A stretch of 64,000 nt of DNA from the human T2T-CHM13v2.0 reference genome, Homo sapiens (GCF_009914755.1 NC_060939.1), one strand, 5' to 3'. Counted from the stretch's first letter, positions 14,580 to 31,511 are shown. Translations and numbers: made by a program. The notes: generated by a model from the letters alone, not told the origin.

Positions 14580-14825
14580 GAGTGTAGAGTGGCTAAGAGA
14601 TTGGTTTTGGAACTAGTCAGACTTAGGTCTCAAATTTCACCTCTGCCCCTTAGTAGCTGTATAACCATGTCACTTAATTTTTCTGAGACTCGTTATCCCT
14701 ATCTTTGGAATAGAGGTCATAAATATATATACACCATGGGGTATTGTAAGGAATACATAAAATTATATTTCTGAAGTGTTTAGCATGGTGCCTAACACAT
14801 AGGAGTTCAGTAAATTGTAGCTGTT
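14580..14825 (+). mobile_element. MIR
   Basis: Degenerate MIR core (GTCACTTAATTTTTCTGAGACTC...AAGTGTTTAGCATGGTGCCT). Confidence 0.65.
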
Positions 14826-15026
14826 GGCTATTGTTATTAATGCTGCTTTTGTTTTAGTATGAGTCAACTGAACGTACAGTGTCTATCTATATAAACCTGA
14901 TGTTCAATTTATATTTGGCTCTCTGAGAAATCATCTCTCTCTCAGCCTGAATGAACCTTTATATATTATTTCCTTCTTGAAATTGGCTTTTTTTTTTTCA
15001 GTTAAAGTGTCTTTTTTATTGTTTAG

Positions 15027-15275
15027 GTTGTAAATGTCTTAAAATCCTTATTGTCAAATCTTGATGAAGTAAAGAAGGAAAGAGAGGGTCTGGAGAATGA
15101 CTTGAAATCTGTGAATTTTGACATGACAAGCAAGTTTTTGACAGCCCTGGCTCAAGATGGTGTGATAAATGAAGAAGCTCTTTCTGTTACTGAACTAGAT
15201 CGAGTCTATGGAGGTCTTACAACTAAAGTCCAAGAATCTCTAAAGACACAGGAGGGACTTCTTAAAAATATTCAG
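15027..15275 (+). pseudogene. PDCD6IP-like exon E (open frame)
   Basis: tttag|GTTGTA...ATTCAG|gtgaaa; VVNVLKSLLSNLDEVKKEREGLENDLKSVNFDMTSKFLTALAQDGVINEEALSVTELDRVYGGLTTKVQESLKTQEGLLKNIQ. Confidence 0.95.
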
Positions 15276-15424
15276 GTGAAATTTATGTATTTAATAACAT
15301 CTATGTTTTAAAAATTACAGAAAAGATATGTCTGGACTAAACCTATATTCAATTAGAAAAATGACATTGGAGAATATCTATAGTTGAGAGTAGAACTTAA
15401 TACATGTATGTTTTGTAAAATTAA

Positions 15425-15772
<348 letters not shown>

Positions 15773-16429
15773 AGAAACAAAGTCATTTCTATGGCTAAAA
15801 TGTTGCATATTACTTAGGAGTGCTTGATACTTCTGATATTTTTCATGGTTTCAAGTTTTTAATAGCTTTGTTTTTTTTTCCATACGGGAGGAAAATCGAA
15901 ATTAGTTGGAATTACTGATACCTTTAATTATACGGCTAACATACATACAGACTTCAGTCATTTTTTAAAAAAATAATGCAAACTAAATATGTTGAGAAGT
16001 TTGAAGTTAGTTTTCGTGTTTACAGATAGGTAGTTTGGACTAACAAAGACTTGAAAGTTTGCCCTTTTCATAGTTAATGTGCAAAATTAAACATATATTT
16101 CTACTCCTAAACATTGTATCTATATATGATATAAAATATTCCAAAAGGTAAAATAATTTTCATGTTATATTTTTTGCAAGTGTTATATACTAATAGAAAT
16201 CTGTGATCATTATTGGTTGTTTTGACTCCTATTGGATTTTTGAAATTTTTACTTAAGAAAGATTTAAAGCATAATGAGGCTTCAAAAGAGTATACTAGGT
16301 ATTTCTAGTAATTTTGCATATGTATTTAATTACATATAATTTTCATAATTGGAAAAGATCAATAAAAATGTTATAAGCCATATTAATTTTATAAGTAAAT
16401 GTAAATACATAAATCTTTCTTTTAACAAG

Positions 16430-16564
16430 GTCTCACATCAGGAATTTTCGAAAATGAAGCAATCTAATAATGAAGCTAACTTAAGAAAAGAAGTTTTGAA
16501 GAATTTAGCTACTGCATATGACAACTTTGTTGAACTTGTAGCTAATTCGAAGGAAGACACAAAG
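16430..16564 (+). pseudogene. PDCD6IP-like exon F (open frame)
   Basis: acaag|GTCTCA...ACAAAG|gtatga; VSHQEFSKMKQSNNEANLRKEVLKNLATAYDNFVELVANSKEDTK. Confidence 0.95.
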
Positions 16565-17369
16565 GTATGAAGTACATGCAAAAGGAACCATAGCTAGCAA
16601 GTACAGATGTGAACGTATAGGTTGGAAGTTAAATGGTATTTCCAGTTGAACCAAATTACTCTTTGCCTGGAATGTTAGCTTTAATGCCATTGCCTCTGCG
16701 AAGTTTGTTATAGGAGGGAGAAAGCTTAATGAAGGTGGCAACATTTCATGGGAACTTTGAAGAATGAATTGCATATTTCAACTGGCAGAAAAGGGGTACA
16801 AATATTCCAGGTAGCAGGAATTAGCAGAGATGTCAATGACACCTTTTTAAGGGATAGGAAGTTGATTAATTTGATGAATTTTGAGGGGACAGGAGTAGTC
16901 AAAGCTGATTTGTGATGGAAAAGCTGGGGGACATGACTTTTATATTCTGTGTGGTGGTTTGCTGAGGACAGACTTGTGGCCTGCCCAAGTGTCAGAAGCC
17001 TTACTGAATATGTAAGTACTTTCTTGCCTTGTCCTTTAAAAAGTTTAGGGAATTCACTTATATTTCTTTTTACCAATTTGTTTTTGAGGGAACAGTGATT
17101 TTTAAGGTTTTTCAGATGCATAATTCCTTTTGGTACTTAACTCCATAATAATCACTGAATAAAGTTACCTTGATATAAATACAGTAGGTAAAATGTAAAA
17201 CCCTCTGAAGAGAGGGTGAAAATACTGCAAAGCCTTCCAAATAGAGAGGATAGTAAAATGCCATTTTAACTTGGTTTAAAATGCTTTCTTTAAATAGGTA
17301 AGCTGAGAAAACCCTCCAGAGAGCCTTTAGAAATTCTTTTAAGGGTTTCTGAAGTGTGCTTGCATTTCT

Positions 17370-18206
17370 TTTTTTTTTTTTTATACTTTTAGGGTACATG
17401 TGCACAACGTGCAGTTTTGTTACATATGTATACATGTGCCATGTTGGTGTGCTGCACCCATTAACTCATCATTTAGCATTAGGTATATCTCCTAATGCTA
17501 TCCCTCCCCTCTCCCCCCATCCCACAACAGTCCCCGGTGTGTGATGTTCCCCTTCCTGTGTCCATGTGTTCTCATTGTTCAGTTCCCACCTATGAGTGAG
17601 AACGTGCGGTGTTTGGTTTTTTGTCCTTGCGATAGTTTGCTGAGAATGATGGTTTCCAGCTTCATCCATGTCCCTACAAAGGACATGAACTCATCCTTTT
17701 TTATGGCTGCATAGTATTCCATGGTGTATATGTGCCACATTTTCTTTATCCAGTCTATCGTTGTTGGACATTTGGGTTGGTTCCAAGTCTTTGCTATTGT
17801 GAATAGTGCCGCAGTAAACATATGAGTGCATGTGTCTTTATAGCAGCATGATTTATAATCCTTTGGGTATATACCCAGTAATGGGATGGCTGGGTCAAAT
17901 GGTATTTCTAGTTCTAGATCCCTGAGGAATCACCACACCGACTTCCACAATGGTTGAACTAGTTTACAGTCCCACCAACAGTGTAAAAGTGTTCCTATTT
18001 CTCCACATCCTCTCCAGCACCTGTTGTTTCCTGACTTTTTAATGATCGCCATTCTAACTGGTGTGAGATGGTATCTCATTGTGGTTTTGATTTGCATTTC
18101 TCTGATGGCCAGTGACGATGAGCATTTTTTCATGTGTTTTTTGGCTGCATAAATGTCTTCTTTTGAGAAGTGTCTGTTCATATCCTTTGCCCACTTTTTG
18201 ATGGGG
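17370..18206 (-). mobile_element. 5'-truncated young primate L1 (L1PA)
   Basis: ORF2 C-terminus ([14 protein letters not shown]...FSLIGGN), 3'UTR, poly-A, and 17-bp TSD AGT(G/A)TGCTTGCATTTCT at 17353-17369 and 18207-18223. Confidence 0.96.
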
Positions 18207-18571
18207 AGTATGCTTGCATTTCTGTAGTGAATTTGAAAACCTAATCCTTCCACTTAAATAGGTTTCATGTTATTAAGCAATTGACTTTTCTCTAGGAATT
18301 AGGAAGATTTTCATGATCATGAAACTTTTAACTTGTTACATTTTTGATGATAATGTTCTGTAAAAATGATTTTATTATTTTTATTTTCTTTAGGAATCTT
18401 AGATCATATTTAATATTAAGTTGTTGGGCCTAGTAAATTGTACGGATGTATCTCATGCAGATCTCAGTTCTTCGGCTTTAACTGTCATTGACAAATTAGC
18501 TTTAGATCACATTACTCTCTGGATTAAAAAATTGTTCTTGTTCATTACTTGTATTTGTTCTTTGCTTATAG

Positions 18572-18666
18572 TTTTACAATGAGTTGACTGAAATCCTGGT
18601 CAGGTTCCAGAACAAATGCAGCGATATAGTTTTGGCATGGAAGACAGAAAGAGATGAACTCTTAAA
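18572..18666 (+). pseudogene. PDCD6IP-like exon G (open frame, ends in phase 2)
   Basis: tatag|TTTTAC...TTAAA|gtaagt; [31 protein letters not shown](K). Confidence 0.95.
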
Positions 18667-19154
18667 GTAAGTCTGTTTTGTGTATCAAATTGTACTTAAA
18701 GAATTTTCTTTTAAAAAATCATGTGGAGACTTTTGGTGTGGTCACAGAAATGATAAAACAGTTCAGGTGGCAGATCTCAGGAAGTGCCAGTAAATACAAG
18801 CAATTTATTTTGAAGTGGCAAATAGGTTTCTTACATAAAACTAGAGCTATAGAACATGGAGGAGACAGCGTGAATAGCTCAGAGAATACCAGCAAAATCA
18901 CTTTCAGAGGAGGCTGCTGAGAAAGCAGGGCCAGTTAACATACGACTCATTTCCTGCTGAGTAATCAACACGGAGTAGCACAGCGCTGATAAAAGGTGAA
19001 AAACATTAACAAAATTTAATAAAACTTCATAGATGAAGAACATTTACCAAAATAATATTGTCACAGAATAGGTGAAAATTATGAGCAAACGTCTGACCAT
19101 GAACTAAACAAAAAGAACAACAACAACAAATGTAAGAAGGCAGTCATTCTAAGG

Positions 19155-19505
19155 CCGGGGTCCCCAGTCCTGGGGCCATGGACTGGTACTGGTTCGTGGC
19201 CTGTTAGGAACTGGGCTGCACAGCAGGAGGTGGGTGGCAGACAGGCCGGCGGCTGGGCGAGTATTACTGCCTGAGCCCCACCTCCTGTCAGGTCAGCCTC
19301 AGCATTAGATTCTCATAGGAGCGCAAACCCTATTGTGAACTGCCCGTGTAAGGGATCTAGGTTGTGCGTTGCTTATGAGACTCTGAGTAATGCCTGATGA
19401 TCTGAGGTGGAACAGTTTCATCCTGAAATCATCTTCCGCTCCCCTGTGGAAAAATTGTCTTGCATGAGACCGGTCCCTGATGCCATAAAGGTTTGGGGAC
19501 TGCTC
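19155..19505 (+). mobile_element. MER1B (hAT-Charlie)
   Basis: GGGGTCCCC...TGTTAGGAACTGGGCTGCACAGCAGGAGG...GGGGACTGCT; 8-bp TSD (T/C)TCTAAGG. Confidence 0.9.
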
Positions 19506-20440
19506 CTCTAAGGAACACTTGGAGCAGAAATTCCAGAACTGCAGGAATATGGTAAGAAAACAGGAAGTGGTAAGATGTGAGGTGTCAGAATTCAGGAAAG
19601 AAGTAGAAGGGAAGAATCAAACCACGACATGGGAAAGAGCACAAAGGGCGAGTAAACACTGAAGAACACACAGGAACACAGAGTAGAAATGAGGAAATTA
19701 AAATGAAACCAAAGTCAAGAAAGAATGAGAAAGGATTAGAGAGAAGATGGGCACAGAAGATCTAATATGGGCAAAACTGAATTTCTCTCAAAGAAGAAAA
19801 ACCAGACAGAACAGTTATTTAACGTTCTGTAAACAGAGCACTTATTTCATGATACTCAAGAACATTTTCTTAAAACAAGTGAAGGTTGTTGAAAGAGGAT
19901 ATCACATGGTAGGGGAAATTGATCAAGAACTGTCAGCATCAAGGCATATAAATTATTGGCCTTAAAAGGTAATGGCAGAATCCTTTAGGCACTCAGGCAA
20001 AACAATCAAACCAGTATATAAAAAGGTGAAAAAAATTAGGCTGGCAGCTCTGTATGCCAGAAGAGAGTGGAGTGATTGCTGTAATCTCAAGGATAGTAAA
20101 TATGAGCTAAAGATTTTATATCATATAGTAAATACATGCTAAAGATTTTATATCCAAACTGTCCTTCGGGTACATAAAAAGCCATATATTCATTAGTAAT
20201 AAATATAAAGAGCTGAAAGAGTCTTATACCGATGACCCTTTCAGCCAACTAGATCTTTATTCATCTCTCTGTTCATGTTCATGTTCATTCACCTCTCTGC
20301 TCATGTTCATGAGAGAAGTTATTTTCTTCTACCTCTAAGAAAGAGCAGGTTAGTTGTTTTTAGAATATTTCTACTAAACCTATAAAAAGCAAATAATTAG
20401 AATGTTTTAAAAATGGTTCTAAATGTTTTAAAAAAGGTGA

Positions 20441-20712
<272 letters not shown>

Positions 20713-21598
20713 TGAGTATTCTCCATATTAGTCTTAAAGATAAAAAAAACCTAACAAAGATTAATACAAAACAGTCTACAGACCAGTTTCAGTTATGAAT
20801 ATGGATGCAAAAGTCCTAAATAAAGTATTTGCCAGTAATAGTCACCAGGACGTTAAAAAATAATTATTGACCAAGGGGAGGGGGGCATTTATTCCAGTAT
20901 TCAGTATTCAGTGTTTTCACGTCAAAGGAAAGATCACAGGCTTGTCTTAATAGATGAGGCAGAAGCATTTAAGAAAATGAGTGTTCTGATACTCAGTAAA
21001 ATAAGAATAGATAGAAGATAGATGCTTCCGTAACATGAAAAAATATATGTGTATGTGTGTGTATATATTTCTGCCCAAAACTCAGTATAGTGATTAATGG
21101 AGAAGCACTATAAACAGTCCCCTCTGAAGTCAAGAACAGACAACAAATGTCACTGTCAGCACTATTTTTAAATACTATACTGCAGTACCAGCCAAGACAA
21201 TCACATGAGAGAGAAATTAAAAAATAGGAAAGGAAGAAGTAAAACTAGCACTATTTACAGACATTATGATTGTACAACTACTTGAAAACCCAAGAGAACC
21301 CCAAAACTCTGCAAATAATAAAATAATTATTACTGAAGTTGTTGATCATAAAAATAATTTGTAGAAATCAGTGGCTTTCATGTAAATAAACGTATAGAGG
21401 ATAAGATGAAGAGACCCACTTACGGTAGCAACAAAAAGGATAAAATATAAAATATAAGTTTGTCATATATGAGACCTATGTGAAGAAAACACTATTTCAA
21501 GGACACAAAAGAAGGCTTGAGCAAGTTAAAAAGCATGTTCTTGGGTAGGATGACTCAACTTCATCAAGATGTCAACTCTCAGTTAACTTATGTATCAA

Positions 21599-21780
21599 CT
21601 GGGCGTGACGGCATGCACTGCGAGTCCCAGCTACTTGGGAGATTGAAGTGGGAGGATGGTTTGAGCCCTGGAACTCTAGGTTGTAGTGCGCTATGATTGT
21701 ACCTATAAATAGCCACGGTACTCCAGTCTGGGCAGCAGTGAGACCCTATCTCTAATAACAAACATAAATAAAGAAATAAA
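21599..21780 (+). mobile_element. Alu monomer (FRAM/FAM-like)
   Basis: Single degenerate arm with A-rich tail. Confidence 0.7.
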
Positions 21781-21787
21781 CATATAC

Positions 21788-22131
<344 letters not shown>

Positions 22132-24284
22132 TCAGCTTTTCATTTGGAATTAGACAAGTTGATCCTAAAGTTCAAGTAGAAAAAGGAACAAGGTCAGCCA
22201 GGAAAACAATAAAAAGAGTAGTGAAGGGATACTAGTTCTACCAGATATTAAGGTATATAATACCATCTTTAATTAAAACACAGTGGTACTGGTACATGAT
22301 TAGACAAAGACAGAATAGAAAATAGAAATAGATTCAAATACATATGTGAATTTAGTGTAAAAGATCTTCAACCAACCAGAAGAGGTTGTGGACAACTGCC
22401 CAGCCATTTAGAAAATAAAAGTTATCTTTATACCAGAGTAAGTTCTGAGTGGACCAAACTTGAAATTTGTAAATGAAATATAAAGTGTAAAATAGAATGG
22501 AGGAGAATTCCTTAATAAAGCTGGGATGGGCAGGATCTAATAACTCCTACTTAAAATCCAGAAGCCATTAAAAAAAAGAAAATAATAAGTTTCTCATAGA
22601 AATATGATAAACAGAGTCAGGATATGACAAATTGGGGATCCAATATTTGAAACTTATTCAGAGGCAAAAGGCTAATTTACTTTATTTAGAAAAGAACTCC
22701 TAGAAATGAACAAGAAGAAAACCCAGTAGACAACTGAGGAAAAGATGCAAACAGAATTTTGCAGACAAGGAAATACAAATAGCTCTTAAATAAATGAAAA
22801 AAAAATGAATACCCTCATTCATTATAAAATACAAATCAAAATTAGTCTGAAGTAATATTTTTCAGATTGGCAAGAATCTGAAAGTTTGTTTAAAGTCTGT
22901 TCTGGGTCTTCCACATTCATTATTCTCTACGGTCAATCACATTCCAAGGATTGTTGCCTCCAATGCATGCCTTTTTCTCAATTTTATTTTCTCCCATCAG
23001 AGTCATGCACAGATTAGCTCCCAAGTGAGCTATTATAATGGCCTCCTAGCATCTAAACTCTCCTTTTTTCCAATTGATAGTTCTGCCAGAGTTGTCTTCT
23101 TAAAGCAGAGGTTAGACCGCATTTCTCTAAGTAAATTCCAATGACACCAAAACAGTGATTCTTAATAAGAATTACAAGTAGGGAAATACAGATGGGAGAG
23201 TTTGCTTAGTAAATAAGTTCATAAAATCTAGGTTAAACAAAGTTAAATGGGGTTTGCTTTTCGCTGTTGCTTTGTTAATGTGCATTTGAAATTTCTAAAG
23301 TGGCATTACATATCCGTAATTTCCCTTATCTATTTGACAAAGGAATCTGGTTTGTTTAGAAGCATTTTTTCAGAGCTGTGATAGGTCAACCTTTCAGAAA
23401 TTCCTCATTATCAACAGTCAAATCCAGATGTATTTTCTTTGGCTCTCACAACAGGCTTAGAGGAATTTCTAGTCTGTTCTCCTGATGTTTCATTATGTGC
23501 ATCTTTTGCTTAGGCCTGTTAAACCTTCTCAATGTGTGTATCTTCTACTCCATGTCTTTATTCCTACTGTTGTCTTAACAGGAAATCCTTGCAACCCAAT
23601 TCATAGTTTTTGTTCTTTGGAAAAATCCAAATCATGTATCATGAATACATATTTTTTCTCTATTGAGATTTGCCTGTTTTTATGTATCACAGCCAGAAGT
23701 AATCACTGCATAGTGTATTTCTGTAGAAAGATAGAAGAGTTCTATTTTAACACAATATTTACTATACACCCAGCAAAGGTCTAGGTATTTATACATACTA
23801 TTTTATTTATTCATCTCATCAACGCAATGAAGAAATATTAATAAATCCATTATATATGTTAAAAGGTAGCGACACATATATGCTACATGTGCAGGTTTTC
23901 TCAGGTATTATTAGCTAGGGAAGCTGTGTTGTAACAATCTTCAAAAACTTCTTTCTGTTGTTTACATGCTATTCCACATCATTTTGTTTTCATTTCTTTT
24001 GTAGTATCTAATGTATTCTACTAAAAAAAAAAGTAGAGTAGTTGAAAAACTTGTGAAAAAAACATGTATTACATATATACCATTCTTCATGATTCTCAAA
24101 ATTTTCATCATTATTAATGTTTTGTATATATATATTGTGTGTGTATGTATGCATGTTAGATATATAATTTAAAAGAAAACAATAAGTTGGTGGCTTATGG
24201 CAAATTGTTCCTTAAGTCCTGCATTTGAAACATAGACACTGAGTGAATCAGCACATTTGATCATCTTTTAACTACAATAGATGA

Positions 24285-24658
<374 letters not shown>

Positions 24659-27600
24659 CAAATGCATCTTTAGGAAAATTATATTTAAGCTCTTCATGGA
24701 GACATTAAAAAACCAAGCTTCATTAATGATAAATAATTATATCATTCATTAGTAAGGAGTAAATAGCTGTTTTCTATTTGAGAAGTATTAATTGGATTGT
24801 CCATCTGTATGCAGGAACATCTGTTTTCTGACATGCTTTAATCACCATTTGTTTTGTACTTGTACCATAATTACACTTGTTTGTAATATTGAACCGAGAC
24901 AATGATTAAAATCAATTTATGAATACGATTCTTTTATGCTTTTGTATTTCATTAGAAAATGTGTAATTCTGGTATGACATTTATAAGTATATATAAAAGA
25001 AAGTATTTGATTAACAAAATGCCTCAACAGATGATGTCAGTAAAATGAGTGTTATATCATGCAGTCTATGTTACTATTTTGGCATTTTTAAGGAAAGTTT
25101 ATTGCTTCACGGAAGCTTTTTTAACTGACCATCTATGAATTTTCTGTATTCTTTATTTCAGTGTGATCACATGGTCATAGAAGAGACATTTTTAGATCAT
25201 CAGAAGTTGACAGTTTTCAGTGTAGTGTATGTGCTTAGTATAAGATGGAATTAAGTTTGTTGTATGGGTGATTGATGAATTTTTACTGAATCATGGATAA
25301 CTGCTGTTCTATTAATGACATTTCATCAATCAACTCTTTTGGATATGGTTTATCACAAAATGTTGCTGATTTAATGTTTGTGGATTAACTGAGGTGAAAG
25401 TGATACCTGGTAGAAGTTTCATTAATACAAATTTTCCTCTCTTAGGAGTAGGATGGATTATATTATTTGTCGAAATGCCTTTGCATGTAAGTTCTTAACT
25501 GTCAGCTTTCTTGTCCTGTGAATCATATCTTTTCTGTATTTGCTGAAATAGAGACTTAACATTGTTAAATGATTTTTCCATGTCATGGAAAATGTATGCC
25601 TCTAAATCTGCGTTCCTTCCTACAAATTACAAGTTCAAAATGACTTTTTTTAAGAAACAAAAAAAAAGATGGATTTCTGGTATTTTGTGGCAGGATAAGC
25701 TCCCTGTAGCCTATCTTACATGTTGATTACAACTAAAACTATGAAAAGTACAATAAGCAACTAACTGAGGAATCTGAAAAGTAAATAAAAGTAGAATTAT
25801 GAGTGATAGGCAAAATCTGGAGAAGCACCTTGCAGTAGTGTGAGCTTCCATTGTTGTATTTCTTTCAATCAAAACCAAAACAAACAAACAAAACAAATAA
25901 AAACCAGAAAAGAACACCACCAACAAGAAAACACTCAAGGAAAATAGATATTGTGATAGAAACAGCAGAAATGTCGAGAAACAAAACCAGGAGGTTAGAA
26001 TTATTAGAGAAAATAATATAAAAAGTAATTTTAAAGTATCTAAACAAAATTTTAAAAAGGAATTTAAAAAATAAGCAAGGAGAAGACAATAAAAATAGGT
26101 TGATAATTCATTTGTTAGCATTTGTCTGTTTGGTATTTGTTGACCATTTTATTTTTAAAACATTTGGCTATATTTGATTTTGGTGTATTTCTTGTATATG
26201 TATTGTAAAATTTAGTATTAAATATTTTATATTGTTAAATGATAATTTATTTTTATTGATAAGAAAGATGTAGTTTTCTGGTTGTTATTTTTGTAATTTT
26301 ACCTGCATTTATATTTTTCTCCATTTATTTAGATAATACCTAATGGTTCCCCACAATGAGTGGCAATTAAATTAGACTCTTTGCTATTTTCACTTTCTCA
26401 ACTTCTCCTGAACTATTTGATTTTTGTGGCAGGATATTTCTTAATATTTGCCTTTGTGCCACTTAATGTTTTCATACTATTATGGGCAAATTTTGAGATT
26501 TAAAATGAACCCATTACTCTCAGCTATTATAGACGAGGCAATCAGGGAGCTAATTCCTACTTTCCCCTTTCTTTTACTCTGTCCTCCTAGTTGTTACAGT
26601 TGAATCATTTGTACATTATCAGAATCATCAGTAAAATATCTTTTTACATTTTCTACACCATGTATCCCTTAAATCTATATATGATGCATTGAATGCTTAC
26701 CTCTTGCCTTACTGGTAGTATTTTACCTACTCAGAACTAGGTTGATTGAACTTTGTCCTGTGGTAAATCTCTTAATAAGAACTTTCTGTAAACAGTGTTC
26801 CCTGCAATTATGGGTGCTTATAACTGTACACTTTATAGCTGATAGATATCTTGCAAGGATAAGGATAACCATTTGCTTCTCCCTTCTCTTCTTTCTCAAT
26901 ATTTCCCCCCATTTTCTGGTGTTAACTTTTGCTGTGGAAAACTCTGATGCCAAAATGATTTTCTTTTTCTCTAAGTTGACTATTTTTGCTTAAGCCCCCA
27001 CATAATGCTTTCTTAATCTTTAAAGTCCTAGTCCCATACACAGATATATCTTGGTGTTGAACATTCTAATAACATATATAAGCATATACTACACAGTAAT
27101 GTAAATATATGTGCTTATGATGATCTATCTTGGCTTAATATAGGCAATAACTTTTTTCTAATTCTATCCTATGTTTTACAGTTTTTGGATTTTTGGACGG
27201 GGAGAGGACTTATTACATATTCTTCTCTCACTTACACCCTTTACGACCCTTACATTATTTGGGGTTCAGTCTCCCTTGTTCTCTTTACAATTTAGTTTTT
27301 TTTTTTTTCCTACAATGATTTTGTTTTTAAATCCTATTTCTTTCATGGATTCTGCCAGTTGCTATTGCACTTTCTGGCTATCTCTTCCCCATGCTCTTGC
27401 ATTTCACTTCATGGTCTCTTTATGTTTTATTACACCCTTAAAATTTATGTTGGAATGTATAAATGTTCATTCCTTTTTTCATCTGTTTTGTAGCAACATG
27501 TTTCTAGTTATTACAAGAGTTGATATATTCCTTTTTTATCTTTATTCTTAGAGTATTTTTATGTGAATGCTGAGAAAATTCCTTTAGTATTTCTCATATG

Positions 27601-28800
27601 TGAAAGTTGAATTTCCTACAGGACAAAGGAAAGGGGTTGTAGAATGTGCCCCAGCCTGCTAGCTCAAGGGCCCTCTCATCATTTGCTACAGTGACAGACT
27701 GTTGCCTCATTTTGGGGACATTATGGAGTCACCGCTCGTTCTCCATAAGAGCATAAATGATTACCAGGTAGTTGTTACTGTCTTCTCTCCTTGATACTCA
27801 TACATAACTCATAGCACATATGGAAGCAACCTTCTAAATACCCATGTTTTATCTTTAAAATGTTCTTTGTGTGTAGCTGCCCATTTGTTTTGTGCTAACT
27901 GACTGCCCCTATTACCTTCAGTTGTAACAACCCATTTAAGGTAGAAACGAAGGACACTCATCTCCATGTGTTTTCAGAATTTAAATGAAAAAATAAAAAG
28001 AGGCTGATGTCACGTCCCAGTTTAACGTAGGGGTTTTATTTATTTATGTACACTCAATCAAACTATGACTATTACAAATGGTTTTACCGCTACAATAAAG
28101 ATAGTTAATTCATAGCTCAATAAAAATGAAGAGTGAAAGATTAAAAAAGGAAAGCAACAATTCTAAACTATAAAATCTACTTCAAAAAGCTACATACAGC
28201 AAAGCTCAATAAATAAATTATGAAAAAAAAAATATGGGATAAGTTTTATGGTTTAGGAGATACCTTCCTATAAGCCAAAAACCTAAAAAAAATGCTAAAG
28301 GTATAGCTTGCTATAGTACGTCGTAGGAGAAATTAACATGTATAAAATCAATAACATTCACATTATGTGATAGTCTACAGCCAAACAATAATAGAAAGCA
28401 AGTGAAATGCTTAGCATAGCTATTTAGTCTACTAAATTAGGTTTGTGAAAATGGGAATGCCAAATGCCTTAAGGCTTACAGCAGGTGCAAAAGCAAAACA
28501 TCAGAGGTCAACCTAAGGATATTTTTAATATAAAATTAATGTACCTGCATTGTAAGCATTTTTTTTTGTATGGTAGAAAGGAAAAAATTCTTGTATTATT
28601 CTACTATAAATGTGTATTCTTTGCTCTACTAAATTTGCATGTCATTGTCAGCCTTTCACTTTGTCTTCAGCTAACAAGAACCTCTTGGGTTCATCCTTTG
28701 GAGAACCTGATATCATGGAAAATGGACTGAACTAGGAGAAGAGCCTTTGTTTAGACCACATGCTGAGGTCTAGTGGCTTCAATTAAAAATATATAAATGT

Positions 28801-29099
<299 letters not shown>

Positions 29100-29102
29100 T
29101 TA

Positions 29103-29161
<59 letters not shown>
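29103..29161. repeat. (TG)n(TA)n microsatellite
   Basis: About 7 TG followed by about 22 TA. Confidence 0.97.
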
Positions 29162-29163
<2 letters not shown>

Positions 29164-29795
29164 TTAATCTCTAAGCTTTGGAAGGAACAGCCTATCTACA
29201 GAAAAATTTAAAACTTGGTCATGGCAGGTACAGAGCTGGGCCCCATGAATTTTGTTGACATTGGGGTCAGCAGATTCTGTAAATTTTCACTATACCTCTC
29301 ATATGATCTGCCGCCACACCATTCATACTCTTTTAACTTTATTTCTCCTCATACCAGTAAATTACTAAAACTGCCAAGTTTTTTTTTCACAAATTAGTAT
29401 TTTTAGCATTCTCTTCCTTCAGTCTGCAATGAAATTCTCTACTCCCCTCCCTCCTCCTTCCTCCTTGACTCCCACTAATGCACATTTGTGTTTTGGTTTC
29501 CACACCAAATGAGCTACCTTCAATAAGCATCCCACAACTCCACAGGGAACTTTTGTTTCTCTACCTTCTGTGCTGTGGAAGCACTTGGCTCAGAATGAGA
29601 GATCTGTCTGCATTTCAGATCTACAAATTACTCATTGTGTGACCTTGGACATATCCCTAATATTTTTGAGCCTCAGTTTCTCAAAAATTAGAATAAAGAT
29701 ACCAAACTCCTGGGGTTTTGTGAGAGTAAAATGAGACGATGTGTGTAAGAGACTCAGTGCAGTGTCAGTATCTACCATGTGCTATGCACTCTGCG

Positions 29796-30103
29796 TTTTC
29801 TTTTTTTTTTTTTTTTTTTTTGAGACGGAGTCTCGCTCTGTCACCCAGGCTGGAGTGCAGTGGCGTGATCTTGGCTCATTGCAAACTCTGCCTCCTGGGT
29901 TCAAGAGATTCTCCTGTCTCAGCCTTCGAGTAGCTGGGACTACAGGCCCTTGCCACCACGCCTGGCTAATTTTTGTATTTTTAGTAAAGACAGCGTTTCA
30001 CCATATTGGTCAGGCTGGTCTTGAACTCCTGACCTCAGGTCATCCACCCACCTCGGCATCCGAAAGTGCTGGGATTACAGGTGTGAGCCACCATGCCCGG
30101 GCC
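29796..30103 (-). mobile_element. Alu (S-type)
   Basis: Antisense Alu. Confidence 0.95.
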
Positions 30104-30199
30104 AACCCATAGCCTTTTGGTCTTCTCTCAGCCAAGGCATCCAGTGAAAATGCAATTTATTTTTCAGATTCCTCTGGAGAATTAAAAAGTCTCTTTTGC

Positions 30200-30502
<303 letters not shown>

Positions 30503-30883
30503 GTCTCTTTTGCATCAAATTGCCATACTCTCTGCTCTTGGTCCTCTTTTCCATGTACTCATTCTTCAAGCATTTATTTTCTCATTGCCTGATCCAGATC
30601 ATTGCAATGACCAAAAAATGTTCGGATGCTATGATTTTTGTGATATTCTTTTAGCAAGTTAATCACGATGTTGCATTCTTGAGTGTGCAAGTGTGGAGGT
30701 AAGTCAGGATGCATCTTTAAGACAAAAAGATGGGTCACGGCAGTGCCACACCACTCACGGCCACACCAGGAGAGCTGAAAGTCACCAACGAAGATGCCTG
30801 ACCCAGAAGCTGGCTGCTAGGGAGCCAAGCCAGGTCACTCCACATGTGGCCAATGCCCGGGGATGGCCCTCCACCGCCCAAGC

Positions 30884-31188
<305 letters not shown>

Positions 31189-31223
31189 AAGTTCTACTTT
31201 TCTAATATTTAAAATATGAAATA

Positions 31224-31511
31224 GGCCGGGCACGGTGGCTCACACCTGTAATCCCAGAACTTTGGGAGGCTGAGGCGGGCAGATCACCAGAGGTCAGGAG
31301 TTCGTGACCAGCCTGGCCAACATGATGAAACCCCGTCACTACTGAAAATACAAAAATTAGCCAGGTGTGGTAGCAGATGCCTGTAATCCCAGCTACTCGG
31401 AAGGCTGAGGCACCTAAACCGGGGAGGTGGAGGTTGTAGTGAGCCGCTACCATGCCACTGCACTCCAGTCTCGGCGACGCAATGAGACTCTGTCTCAAAA
31501 AAAAAAAAAAA
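31224..31511 (+). mobile_element. Alu (S-type)
   Basis: Sense Alu. Confidence 0.93.

Noticed and set aside
17469-18253. L1 ORF2-like ORFs as an active retrotransposon
   Set aside because: Only ~840 bp of the 3' end is present, with an in-frame stop at 17930-17932.
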